Source: Paraphysomonas bandaiensis (Eukaryota; Protista; Chrysophyceae). From it: 64,000 nt of DNA. The notes below the pieces were generated by a model, which ran no database searches, had not been told where the DNA came from, and saw only the letters and a list, made by a program, of their open reading frames with translations. The stretch lies in assembly GCA_965644295.1 (NCBI GenBank), contig CBFFRP010000297.1, positions 1,007,164-1,071,163 of the forward strand, given 5' to 3'. Position 1 is the first letter of the stretch; the number at the start of each line of letters is the position of its first letter. This document shows positions 38,914 to 48,979 of the stretch, in pieces. Both the position numbers and the translations under genes were made by a program.

Positions 38914-39000
38914 TGTGGCATGAAACTCCTAGTTTTAGGGCTGGGAGTTTCTTTCCTTCGGGAAACGTGGGGTTTCCCTTCAGGATACGGTAGTCTAGTG

Positions 39001-39478
39001 ACACACAAGCAGGGGGAAGGGAAACGGACGCTCTGTGCCGCTTAGGCATCCCTCCTGAGCCGGGAGGCTCTTCGTATAGTTATAAAACATTCGTTTTATA
39101 ACTCTTCCTTTTCACTCTAAGTATATAATTAATACTATACTTTAAATACTATACTTTAAATACTAATATTAATAATCTATACTTTAAACTGTTTTATAAT
39201 ACTATATACTTTAAATAATAATATTTCTAATTTATCCACTTTATACAATGAAAAGTAACACACCTGACAACATGGATAAAATGGATAATATTTTAAAGGA
39301 TAATAAAAAAGTTATAAAAATAGTTTTGAAATTGAAAAATCCACCCAATCTATCCAGCATGAATAAGAAGAGAAGGAAGACAACTTCTAGATCTTCAAAA
39401 GACTAAAGAGTGTGTCGAATGTGAAAAAGTGATAACGATTATAAAGCACACTCACACGCAAAAAACAATATACAAAAT
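39001..39478 (+). repeat. Left terminal inverted repeat (478 bp)
   Basis: Starts ACACACAAGC; reverse complement of 58150-58627 with no mismatch seen by eye. Confidence 0.96.
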
Positions 39479-39490
39479 GGAACAGAGAGT

Positions 39491-39919
39491 TTATATGTCT
39501 ACTTTTACATTCTCTCTATAGACTGTTATAACATTGCTTCTTTCATTGAGAACTTGTTTCTTTAGTTTCTTTGGTTTCTTGTCAGTTTCTTTCTTGATTG
39601 CTTCTTTTACTTTCGTTTTATCATTAAGACAAGGAACAGTGTTTATATAGTGCTTTAACTTTTCAATTGCTTCATCTTTTGATTTAAACTCTTCAATAAT
39701 TACCATGTTACAACGCTTAACACCTTTTAAACTGAATAATTTGAATACTGGATGTGCAAAATCTCCGTTTTTGTCATAACGATGCGTCATATACCTCTTT
39801 TTTAGGTAGAAATAATAAAATTTATAAGATTTTTTTGTTGATACTCCAAAATAGCAGTTTTTTGAGTTTCTATGACCTTGATATTGAATTCTATAGATAA
39901 CATACATATATATATACAT
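39491..39919 (-). CDS. GIY-YIG-like endonuclease (likely start 39907)
   Basis: YVIYRI...CYFGVST...R...H...E...YINTVPCLN pattern. Confidence 0.6.
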   Translation of the reverse strand: MYIYMYVIYRIQYQGHRNSKNCYFGVSTKKSYKFYYFYLKKRYMTHRYDKNGDFAHPVFKLFSLKGVKRCNMVIIEEFKSKDEAIEKLKHYINTVPCLNDKTKVKEAIKKETDKKPKKLKKQVLNERSNVITVYRENVKVDI

Positions 39920-39973
39920 ATGTTAGATAAAAATATTACTCTGTTGTTGAGTCAATCTGATATTAACATGAAA

Positions 39974-40429
39974 TTAATGAATATAAGTTTCACTTAATTT
40001 ATTATTTAGTTTTGCAAATTCAATTCTTTGTTCTTCAACACTTTTAATTTGTGATGGTATACATGTAAATACATCAATAATGTCTAAGAAATACAATCCA
40101 TTTGAATGAAACCATTCCATATTAGCTTTATAAACAGAATGATGACAACGAAATTTATTATACTTTGAATCTTTTGAAACATAATATTTTCCATTGCTTG
40201 CATTATAATTACTTAAATCATCAATTTCAAAAGATTTTTCTTTATACATTGTCATTGAATCAGATAGTGCACAATATACATATTTGTCATATAAACTTTC
40301 ATTATTTAAATAGTCTTCAAGAGGTAATATGTATAAGTAAGAGTTAGAATCAAACATAACATGAGGTGATGTTTTTAAAATTTCTTCATCTTCATTGGAA
40401 TGAATAATTAATTTGATGCATTTAATCAT
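39974..40429 (-). CDS. Viral hypothetical protein (151 aa)
   Basis: ORF preceded by the element's TTATATAAG-ATG motif. Confidence 0.65.
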   Translation of the reverse strand: MIKCIKLIIHSNEDEEILKTSPHVMFDSNSYLYILPLEDYLNNESLYDKYVYCALSDSMTMYKEKSFEIDDLSNYNASNGKYYVSKDSKYNKFRCHHSVYKANMEWFHSNGLYFLDIIDVFTCIPSQIKSVEEQRIEFAKLNNKLSETYIH

Positions 40430-40481
40430 CTTATATAATAATAACTTATATTTTATTTTTAAAAAACTTATTTATAAAATA

Positions 40482-41282
40482 TTACTCTGTTGTTGAGTCG
40501 AGACTCCATGTATCTCCCGTTAATCTGAAATTGATAGTATTGAACATACTATAACCTGCTGATGCGATAACAATCCTTATATATGAATATCTCTTTGTCG
40601 TTGTCACTGATTCAGTAAATAAAGTTGAATCTTGAGTTCCTGGAAATGCGACATCATCTATATAATTCCATGTTGAGCCATCATCAGAGCCCAATATATA
40701 ACAAGCTTTCATTGTTCTCTCTTGTGGTGTGCTTCTCTCTTGAGTTGATATAGATGTTAAACGAATCTTATAAGGTAATTGAACTTGAACCCATTCACCG
40801 TCGATTGTTTGATTAGTGTCGTAGGTTGTTGAAAAGTAATAGTTTGTTCCATTGCTACCAATATAATTACCTGTTGTTCCGTCATAAGCTTCACCAGAAG
40901 GCATGGTATGTAAAACGCCGTCTCTGTAATTGTCTATACCATTCGGACCACTGTTATATCTGTTATTACCCCAGAATGTATCATCACTGTCATCAAATAG
41001 TAAGTTACATGAATTTAAAGGATCGGCTGTTCTATATCTACCATATGAAGAACAAATCAAATTATAATCTCCATTAGCGTAAGCAGTTGAACCACTTCCA
41101 CCAGAATAAGACTTTGTAATGTGAGTGTCAAATACATCTTGACCGTTAAAAGCAGTTGGAAGACCTGTAAACGATGTAGGGAAAGTAACATTTGTTTGAT
41201 ATTGTGTATTTGTGACACCTCCTTCTGTAACTTTGTATTTGTTGATGTGATTAGCAATGTTGATAATAGAAGATAATGACAT
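40482..41282 (-). CDS. Discoidin/F5-8 type C (galactose-binding-like) domain protein
   Basis: LFDDSDDTFW, GEWVQVQLP..IRLTSI, ILGSDDGSTW, YSYIRIVI. Confidence 0.75.
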   Translation of the reverse strand: MSLSSIINIANHINKYKVTEGGVTNTQYQTNVTFPTSFTGLPTAFNGQDVFDTHITKSYSGGSGSTAYANGDYNLICSSYGRYRTADPLNSCNLLFDDSDDTFWGNNRYNSGPNGIDNYRDGVLHTMPSGEAYDGTTGNYIGSNGTNYYFSTTYDTNQTIDGEWVQVQLPYKIRLTSISTQERSTPQERTMKACYILGSDDGSTWNYIDDVAFPGTQDSTLFTESVTTTKRYSYIRIVIASAGYSMFNTINFRLTGDTWSLDSTTE

Positions 41283-41332
41283 TGTATATATATATATATG
41301 TTAGAAATAATTATATAATGTATTATTATATA

Positions 41333-42385
41333 ATGAGTATTTATCCAAAGCCGAAACCTTCAAATGGAGTGTTCAATCCTTCAAATTACACATATATAAA
41401 AGATAGCATTGTTGATATTGACTTAACAGGATACATTCAAAAGAGTGGAGATGTTATGAGTGGAACACTTGTTACACCATCTTTAAACTTATATGGAGAT
41501 GGACAATTGTCATTCAATGATAACTCAATACAAACAACAGCAATGACAGATAGTTTGAAAGCAGATATTGAAACTAGCAAAACAAAGACAACTAATCTAG
41601 CTTATGATGGAACGAATACATCAATCTCTGGAAGTGTAGAAGTATCAAAAATAATATTTCCTGATTCAAGTGAACAAACTGTAGCATTCACAAATGGATT
41701 GAAAACGACATATGATAACTATGAAACAAACAAACAAGATTTAATAACATCAGGAAACAGAATAGATTGTAGTTTGATAGGAAATGGACTAATAACAAAT
41801 AATGAGTTAGATAAACTAAACAATGTTTCATCAAATATTCAAAATCAATTGGATGCTTTAGGACATGGACTAGGAAGTATATCAAAAACTTATGAATTTG
41901 ACAAAGGTGAAATGATAGGTTATAATTCAACGAATATGACTAATGGTAATATATCTGGAATAGTAAGCGTTGGATCTGGTGTTTTATATGCATCACATAA
42001 TCCAACTCACACATCAGAATATAATATATTAGCCCCATATATTCCGCCTGTTGATGATTTCTTTGATTCATTCGGATATATAAAAAAGTTAGGTAGATAT
42101 TTAGTTATTCATCAATGGGAATTAGGAACACTTGAATCTATAAATCATTTCTTTACTCACATTGAATTACATAAAAATGATGTTTTGCATAAGAAGTCTC
42201 GGGTATCGGGTGAACACTGGAATTCTAATCGTGGTTCTATTGAATACATCACTGGTGAAACTACATTTTATATTACAGTGGATGAGTTATCAACATATTC
42301 ACTATTCTTTAAGACTGATTATGATTTTGACGGTGCAAACAGTGATACAGTTTTAAAATCAACTATAGAGATAGTTCAAATATAA
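41333..42385 (+). CDS. Fibre/spike-like virion protein A
   Basis: N-terminal MSIYPKPKPSNGVFNPSNY, tail-fibre-type YIQKSGDVMSGTL, repeated F.D.S.QT.A.T modules, beta-rich C-terminal head. Paralogue of 50888-52336. Confidence 0.65.
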   Translation: MSIYPKPKPSNGVFNPSNYTYIKDSIVDIDLTGYIQKSGDVMSGTLVTPSLNLYGDGQLSFNDNSIQTTAMTDSLKADIETSKTKTTNLAYDGTNTSISGSVEVSKIIFPDSSEQTVAFTNGLKTTYDNYETNKQDLITSGNRIDCSLIGNGLITNNELDKLNNVSSNIQNQLDALGHGLGSISKTYEFDKGEMIGYNSTNMTNGNISGIVSVGSGVLYASHNPTHTSEYNILAPYIPPVDDFFDSFGYIKKLGRYLVIHQWELGTLESINHFFTHIELHKNDVLHKKSRVSGEHWNSNRGSIEYITGETTFYITVDELSTYSLFFKTDYDFDGANSDTVLKSTIEIVQI

Positions 42386-42431
42386 AAGAATCAATATATT
42401 TTTCTAAACAATGTTATATATACAGTATAAG

Positions 42432-43127
42432 ATGGTTGATATAGTAAATTTTTATGAATTAGATGAAGTGAAAGCCTTTCAAACAGAAGCTATCAATCCT
42501 AACTATGGAAAACATGGAATCAAAGTTCCTTTCAGAATGTTAATCGTTGGAGCATCTGGAGCAGGTAAGTCGAATATCGTTTTGAATATGATTCGTGTTA
42601 TGAATAATACTTTTCACAAGATTATATTATACACAAGGAACAAGAAGGAGCCATTATACGAATACTTAGAAAGTAAGTTAGAAGACAATGATGACTTATT
42701 TGAAGTTCACGAAGGTTTAGAGCATTTAAGAAAAGTGAATATTGACAAAGAGTATTTCGGACAAACATTAATAATATTTGATGACTTAGTCAATGAGAAG
42801 AATCAAGATATAATAGGTGAAATGTTCTTAAGAGGTCGTAAAATTGGTGTATCATTGATATATTTGACTCAGAAATACGCACAAGTTCCAACACTAGTTA
42901 GAGAGCAATTAAACTATTTGATAATGAAGAAGATATCAGGCAAAAGAGATATAACATATTTGATGAGAAATCACGCTTTAAGTGGAGATATTAAACAACT
43001 TTTAAATATGTATAAGTATTGTGTAAACAAAGACATAACGAACTTTTTATTAATTGATTTAGAAGCACCAAGTGAGAGAGCATTCAGAAAGAACTTTAAT
43101 GAAATCTTGAATATAGAAGCATTTTAA
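42432..43127 (+). CDS. A32/FtsK-HerA family genome-packaging ATPase
   Basis: PFRMLIVGASGAGKS (Walker A), LIIFDD (Walker B), RGRK arginine finger, LTQ, VP..VREQ. Confidence 0.93.
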   Translation: MVDIVNFYELDEVKAFQTEAINPNYGKHGIKVPFRMLIVGASGAGKSNIVLNMIRVMNNTFHKIILYTRNKKEPLYEYLESKLEDNDDLFEVHEGLEHLRKVNIDKEYFGQTLIIFDDLVNEKNQDIIGEMFLRGRKIGVSLIYLTQKYAQVPTLVREQLNYLIMKKISGKRDITYLMRNHALSGDIKQLLNMYKYCVNKDITNFLLIDLEAPSERAFRKNFNEILNIEAF

Positions 43128-43161
43128 TAAAATATAATGTGTTTGTATTATATATAGAAAC

Positions 43162-44562
43162 ATGTTATCAAGTTATGAAATAAGAAGATTAGGTCCAAAG
43201 GAAAGAGAAAGATATTTCAGACAAAAGGAACTAAACAACTTAAAGATATTATCAGACATCAGCAAGAACATATCAGAAGAGCAACAACACATAGAAGAAG
43301 GCATTATACCAGAAGTGAGAGATAAAAGAACACTAGCAGAGAAAGAAGAAGATAATATATTACAATTACAGACAGCACAAAAGAACGCTTTAAAGTTGTT
43401 TAAAAATGACGGTAATGAAGCACAAGACTTTTTAAATAAATTAAAGAACAGTAGATATAACGATTTTGTTGACTTTAACAAGTATTTTTTAGGCATGTTT
43501 TCTTCTTTATCTAATAAGGTTGGTAAACTGCGAGCACAAGAAATGTATGATTTTGTTTATAGATATCTTGAAAATCAAAAGAACACATCAGGAATACGAA
43601 ATCTTCTATCATCAGAACAAGAAGTTGATGCAATAATACGACATTTAACTAATATAGCAGGTATATCAAGAGAAACTAGAAGTGATTTAAATGATAGATT
43701 AGAAGCATTACAACAAACTTTAGAATCATTGATTCAGAAATATGGAGAAAGCAAAGTGAAACAAGCTTATGAAATGTCAGATTTACCTGTCTTTGATGAA
43801 GAAGTGGATGAAGACACAATAGTTCCAGAAATACAAAAGATAGATAAAAAGTCATTAGAAAGTTTCTCAAGACAATTTCAAAGTTATCCAGTTATTGACG
43901 ATTACGAAGATTCAATATCATCAATAACGAATCAAGATGAAGATTTCAGTATTGAAAATGATGATTATGACTTTAGCTTTGACGATGAAAGAGAAGATGA
44001 TGATGATGATGAAGAGAAAGAAGAGAAAGAGATAAAAGAAGTAAAAGAAGTATATGATGAAAAGACACAACGAGCCATAAATAAAGTAAACTCAATGACA
44101 TTAGAAGAAATGAAAGCAATGTCAGGTAATGTAATAAGATTGATAAGAATATTGAATCAAGGAGGAGATGATTACAGAGATAGTTCAACACGAGTTAATA
44201 AAGATGATTTAAACGCTTACAATGAAGTTGCACCACTCTTTACACCAAGAGGAGGAAAAGCAACTGGAATACAAAAGAAGAGTTTATACAAATTTGTCAA
44301 AGACTCAGGAATCAAAACGATAGATAGAGTATTAAGAGAAAGAATAGCAGAACAAGAAGGAGATGTCGCAGAAGCAAAACAACCGAGAGAACCGAGAAAA
44401 TTAATTACACGAACTATACACGATATAAGAAGAGAAGAAGAAGAGAAGAAAAGAAAAGACGATGAAGATGAAGTAGAAGAAGAACCACAAGAAGGTGTTT
44501 TAAAAGAAGGTAACGGATTGATGATTAGAAAGATAGGAAGTATGAAAGTTAGATTCGGTTAA
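43162..44562 (+). CDS. Viral hypothetical protein, acidic/charged (466 aa)
   Basis: Long ORF with the upstream TATATA motif, within the morphogenesis block. Confidence 0.75.
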   Translation: MLSSYEIRRLGPKERERYFRQKELNNLKILSDISKNISEEQQHIEEGIIPEVRDKRTLAEKEEDNILQLQTAQKNALKLFKNDGNEAQDFLNKLKNSRYNDFVDFNKYFLGMFSSLSNKVGKLRAQEMYDFVYRYLENQKNTSGIRNLLSSEQEVDAIIRHLTNIAGISRETRSDLNDRLEALQQTLESLIQKYGESKVKQAYEMSDLPVFDEEVDEDTIVPEIQKIDKKSLESFSRQFQSYPVIDDYEDSISSITNQDEDFSIENDDYDFSFDDEREDDDDDEEKEEKEIKEVKEVYDEKTQRAINKVNSMTLEEMKAMSGNVIRLIRILNQGGDDYRDSSTRVNKDDLNAYNEVAPLFTPRGGKATGIQKKSLYKFVKDSGIKTIDRVLRERIAEQEGDVAEAKQPREPRKLITRTIHDIRREEEEKKRKDDEDEVEEEPQEGVLKEGNGLMIRKIGSMKVRFG

Positions 44563-44611
44563 TATTCAATAGTATAAAATATAATATAATATAATAGTAT
44601 ATTATAGAATA

Positions 44612-45070
44612 ATGACAATTAAAAAGAACTATAAAAAGTTTTACAAACTACAAATCAATGTAATGAAGCTATTAGACAATAAGTTAATGATATTGTATGA
44701 GACAGGGTCACCTTTCAGCAGATATATAAAGACACGAACAATAAGTCCAGAGTTTGCGAGTGTGTTGTTAAACTTGATAGACACAAATGAACTGAACTAT
44801 GAAACGATAAAACGACTAACAGAAGAAGAGAAGAAGTTATTTAACATCATAATGACACAATCAGGAGCAAAGACAGAATTGAAATACAAAGAACCAGAAC
44901 TAACGGAAGAAGATCTGTTAAAGAGATTTGAACTATTACAAGCTAGTATAAGAGCAGGAAACAATAGCAATGAAGTATTAAAAGAAGGAATAGACATATT
45001 GAAAAGATTAAATAAGTTAGGTAGAATTGATGATGACCAGTTAACAGAAATTTTGGAGAGTTTAGAATAA
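44612..45070 (+). CDS. Conserved Polinton-type small protein
   Basis: C-terminal LLKRFELLQASIRAGNNSNEV resembles, from recall, the RL.LL.AS..AGN motif of Maverick/Polinton accessory proteins. Confidence 0.65.
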   Translation: MTIKKNYKKFYKLQINVMKLLDNKLMILYETGSPFSRYIKTRTISPEFASVLLNLIDTNELNYETIKRLTEEEKKLFNIIMTQSGAKTELKYKEPELTEEDLLKRFELLQASIRAGNNSNEVLKEGIDILKRLNKLGRIDDDQLTEILESLE

Positions 45071-45107
45071 CTATTTGTAAAATTATTATATAAGTAAATA
45101 TTATATA

Positions 45108-45995
45108 ATGTCAGACACAAATTATAACTACAACACAATTATATTAAACAAAAACAATATAGTTCCAGGTTCAAAGAATTCAGTGTTCAAATATACTTTC
45201 AATCAATCATTAAGACTAAACAATTGTTCACTAGCTATTCAAAGTATCAATATGTATTACAGTTGGTTTAACATATCAGACTATTTCAGAAATAACAAGT
45301 TTTCATATGTATGGTTTGACAATGCAGGAGAATTGAACACAACTATAGATATAACAATTCCAGACGGCTATTATACAGTTGAATTATTGAATAAGTTTTT
45401 ACAATCTGAATTAGAGAAAAGAGGTCATTACTTGGTTCAAGAAAGCACGGGAGATTTTGCTTATCACATAGAATTCATTTCAAATGTAAGTTATTATTCA
45501 GTTCAATTGAATGTGTATGCAATGATGACAGAAGCTCAAGCAGGGACAGATTTCGTTAAAGGTTCAGAGACTTGGTCTTATCCTTCAACAGCCACAACAC
45601 CTCAACTAGTTGTTTCAAATTCTTCTTCATTTGGAGACTTAATAGGATATTCTAATGGAACATATCCATCAACAGCGTCAAGCACAAATACAACTTTTCT
45701 GTCAGATAAGACGCCGAATATGACGCCTGTTAGCTCTATAAATGTCGTTTGTTCAATGACAACTCAAAACGGCTTTAGTAATCCTGATGGACTGTTATAT
45801 TCATTTACAAGTGGTAGTGTTGAATTTGGAGGTATGATAGACAGAGAACCAAAAACGGAGTCTTTTGTTAAGGTGAGAGATGGTTTATATTCAAGCTTTA
45901 CAATAGAACTATATGACCAAGACATGAGAAGATTAGATATAAGAGACGCTGAAACGGTTATAATGTTAATTATTAAGAGTCCTGATGAAGATTAA
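45108..45995 (+). CDS. Minor capsid protein (penton, single jelly-roll)
   Basis: F...L.L...SLA..SI.MY.SWFNI, ITIPDGYYTVELLN, FGDLIGY, FTIELYDQD.R.LD pattern; size ~295 aa; lies upstream of the MCP. Confidence 0.82.
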   Translation: MSDTNYNYNTIILNKNNIVPGSKNSVFKYTFNQSLRLNNCSLAIQSINMYYSWFNISDYFRNNKFSYVWFDNAGELNTTIDITIPDGYYTVELLNKFLQSELEKRGHYLVQESTGDFAYHIEFISNVSYYSVQLNVYAMMTEAQAGTDFVKGSETWSYPSTATTPQLVVSNSSSFGDLIGYSNGTYPSTASSTNTTFLSDKTPNMTPVSSINVVCSMTTQNGFSNPDGLLYSFTSGSVEFGGMIDREPKTESFVKVRDGLYSSFTIELYDQDMRRLDIRDAETVIMLIIKSPDED

Positions 45996-46036
45996 AACGA
46001 TATAGTATATTTTTTTATATAATACTATTATATAAG

Positions 46037-46351
46037 ATGTCATATTATAAAATGATTGGTGGAAGAATGAGAAGACAAGTTCTTCCTTCATATGAAGAGT
46101 TAATACAAGAAGCAACCAAGAAAGAAGATAAGATAAAAGAAGACAGAAGTGTTCCCGTGATTGTTGAACATAAACAGAAAGTAGAAAACATAAAGAAACC
46201 TAATATAAGTTTGAGTGATAAACTGATGAGTATCAAAGTAAAACCAAGAACGGAAGGTAAAGGACAAGAGAGAACCAAAGATGAATTATTTGAAAGTGTA
46301 AACAATGTGTCAATGGAAAGATTAAAGAAATTTGCTAATTTAAAAGTATAG
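46037..46351 (+). CDS. Small basic/charged viral protein, candidate core protein
   Basis: ORF between penton and MCP; contains the adenain-type site MIGG|R. Confidence 0.65.
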   Translation: MSYYKMIGGRMRRQVLPSYEELIQEATKKEDKIKEDRSVPVIVEHKQKVENIKKPNISLSDKLMSIKVKPRTEGKGQERTKDELFESVNNVSMERLKKFANLKV

Positions 46352-46399
46352 AATAATTTATTATAAAATATTTTATAATCTAAGTGTATATTATACAAT

Positions 46400-48100
46400 A
46401 TGGACAAGTTAATAGTTGAACAATCTTTTGAAAAAGCAGAAGAGAATGTAAGTGACTTTGTGGAGTGGGATTATTCTAAATTGAGTGATTCACAAACTTC
46501 AGGTAATTATTCAAGCAATCAAACAATATTTGAAACTACTACACTCAGTAACAATGGTAAAATAAGTGATTACACGGATGGATTTATGTCAATGCCAATG
46601 GTTGATGTTGTGACAGGTAAAAATGGTGGGAATGACATTGACTTTACAGCAGCGCACATAAAGGAGAGTGATTTGTTATTATGCAGGAAGAATTCAAGTT
46701 TAAATATGATAGATTCAGTATCTATTCAATATCAAAATCAAGCAGGAATTCAAGAGACAAGAAATATTAATCAATACTTAATCTTTAAACAACATTCAGA
46801 AATGTCATTAGATGATGAATATGTAAACGGACCAACAATAGGATACGCTAAAGACACATCGGATTCTTGGAGTTATGACGAAGCAAATGGTTTAATGAAT
46901 AATAACAACGCTTTAAATCATTTAAATGGTATTGATTACATCAATAAATGCAATAAAGGAATGTATGAAAGACAACAAGTTTTTAGTAAGGTTGTTGATA
47001 CTGCCAATGCATCTAAGAGAGATTCAGTGTTGGGTGATAATGATAAAATTAACAACATGAATCGTAGTCATGTTGTGAATGTATCAGTGAATGGTTCAAA
47101 GTATAAAGCTTACTATTATACTTTGATTATTCGTCTTAAAGATCTTTCAAGTATATTTGAAAAATGCCCTCCTATGAAAGGTGGTCTTTTCAAAATAACA
47201 GTAAATTTTAATCAGTGTATATTTAAAGTAACTAAAACAGATAATGACACACTATCATTTTCTCCAGCAGACTTTAACGGAAGAGGAACAAACCCCTTGA
47301 TGGTTTCAAGTTCTCAATATAAAACTTTGATAGGTGCAGCCAACAACGAATCAACGGCAGGTAATGTAATTTGTGGAGGATACACTATACCAGATGGAAC
47401 AGAACTTACAATTAGTTGTAACATAGCAAAACCTCAATTTTACCCACATAATACACTTAATGTCACACCTTGTAAGGAGCAGAACTGTTTTCTTCACATT
47501 CCTTCTTATGTAATGAAACCTGCACTTCAGAAAAGATATTTAGAGAGTCCACAAAAACAAGTTATATATAACGATGTTGTTTTATTTCAACTTTTCAATA
47601 AGACAGGTCAAATTAATGAACTCATCACAAATGGTTTATCATATGCTAAGAGAATGATTATTTGTCCTTTCATTAGTTCATCAGGCAATGGAACGAATCA
47701 AATTCACCCGTTTCAATCACCTTTTACAACTGAACCCGCAACCTGTAGTCCTTATACCATTCAAAACCTTCAAGTTAAAGTATCATCAACAAATCTATAT
47801 CCCAATCAAATCAATTATTCATATGATATGTTTATGAGAGAGCTTAACGGCAAATATGGTGTAAACTCTAACTTAACGACTGGTTTATGTAGTTCAAGAA
47901 TCAATTTAAAAGACTTCATTAATACATACGGTTATATCGTAGTTGATTTAAAACGCAAACACACTGACGACGAAAGCGTTCCTTTATCTATTCAACTTGA
48001 ATGCAATATAACAAGTCCTAAGCCTCTTGATTTTAATATCTTCATTGAACAGGAGAAATCATTCGGACTTGATGTAGCAACAGGAAGAAGAGTAGATTAA
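46400..48100 (+). CDS. Major capsid protein (predicted double jelly-roll, 566 aa)
   Basis: Largest beta-rich ORF of the morphogenesis block, flanked by penton, ATPase and protease; C-terminal IQNLQVKV...YGYIVVDLKR...IQLE pattern typical of Polinton/PLV capsids. Confidence 0.82.
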   Translation: MDKLIVEQSFEKAEENVSDFVEWDYSKLSDSQTSGNYSSNQTIFETTTLSNNGKISDYTDGFMSMPMVDVVTGKNGGNDIDFTAAHIKESDLLLCRKNSSLNMIDSVSIQYQNQAGIQETRNINQYLIFKQHSEMSLDDEYVNGPTIGYAKDTSDSWSYDEANGLMNNNNALNHLNGIDYINKCNKGMYERQQVFSKVVDTANASKRDSVLGDNDKINNMNRSHVVNVSVNGSKYKAYYYTLIIRLKDLSSIFEKCPPMKGGLFKITVNFNQCIFKVTKTDNDTLSFSPADFNGRGTNPLMVSSSQYKTLIGAANNESTAGNVICGGYTIPDGTELTISCNIAKPQFYPHNTLNVTPCKEQNCFLHIPSYVMKPALQKRYLESPQKQVIYNDVVLFQLFNKTGQINELITNGLSYAKRMIICPFISSSGNGTNQIHPFQSPFTTEPATCSPYTIQNLQVKVSSTNLYPNQINYSYDMFMRELNGKYGVNSNLTTGLCSSRINLKDFINTYGYIVVDLKRKHTDDESVPLSIQLECNITSPKPLDFNIFIEQEKSFGLDVATGRRVD

Positions 48101-48167
48101 ACAAAAGTTTTTTAACATGATAATATTTAATATAAACTAATTATTATCTCAACATAATATATATATA

Positions 48168-48962
48168 ATGCATCAAGTAAAACTCAATCTATCTGAAGCT
48201 CAATTAAGAAAGTTATCAAACAAACACAATATACAAGTTAGACCTGACCAAATCGGCTTCGGCTTTCCAGTTGCTTTATCTGACAAGAACTTAAAAAAAC
48301 TTGAAAACTCTTACAACAAGTCAAAAGGAATGCGATTAACATTAGACGATAATGAAATTGAAGGTGGTAATCTAAAACAAAACATCAAAAAAGCTTTCAA
48401 TAAGACTAAGAAACAAGTTAAAAAGACATTCAAAGACCCAAACTTAGGAAGAAAGATTAAGAACACATCAAGAAAAGTTAAAAACACTGTCAATGATTTT
48501 GCTGTTGTTGGTGATTTAGGTATTCCCGTTGTTAGTGATTCATATAATCTATTGAATACTACAACCCGTTTAGGTGATAAGTTAGTTAGAAGTGGTGTTG
48601 ACCATATTGAAGATAGAAAAGATGATAAGAAAAGAAGTCAATTTGTTGATGATTTCAATGCACTGAGAGAACATGCTAACACTCAATCTTCTGTTCCTCC
48701 TCCTCCTCCTCCAACTGAAGGAAGCGGTAATCCTTATCTTCCATCAAAGCAAGTAAAGAAAGTTAAAAAGAAACTGACTGGTTCATCATTTAGAACATTA
48801 GGTGCTGGAGTAGTAGATTTAGATTACAAAGGAAAGAAACCAATTAAACTTAAAGATGATGGAAGTAATCTAGTCAGAGCAGGACATCCAGGTTTTGACC
48901 CTGTGAGCACTCCTTTACCAAATAAGTGTTGCTATTGTCCTCATTGTGGAAAGAAAAAATAA
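48168..48962 (+). CDS. Lys-rich putative core (pVII-like) protein
   Basis: V.LNLSEAQLRKL N-terminus, highly basic, IEGG|N protease site, poly-Pro run, C-terminal CCYCPHC. Confidence 0.65.
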   Translation: MHQVKLNLSEAQLRKLSNKHNIQVRPDQIGFGFPVALSDKNLKKLENSYNKSKGMRLTLDDNEIEGGNLKQNIKKAFNKTKKQVKKTFKDPNLGRKIKNTSRKVKNTVNDFAVVGDLGIPVVSDSYNLLNTTTRLGDKLVRSGVDHIEDRKDDKKRSQFVDDFNALREHANTQSSVPPPPPPTEGSGNPYLPSKQVKKVKKKLTGSSFRTLGAGVVDLDYKGKKPIKLKDDGSNLVRAGHPGFDPVSTPLPNKCCYCPHCGKKK

Positions 48963-48979
48963 TATTGATATAATATATA

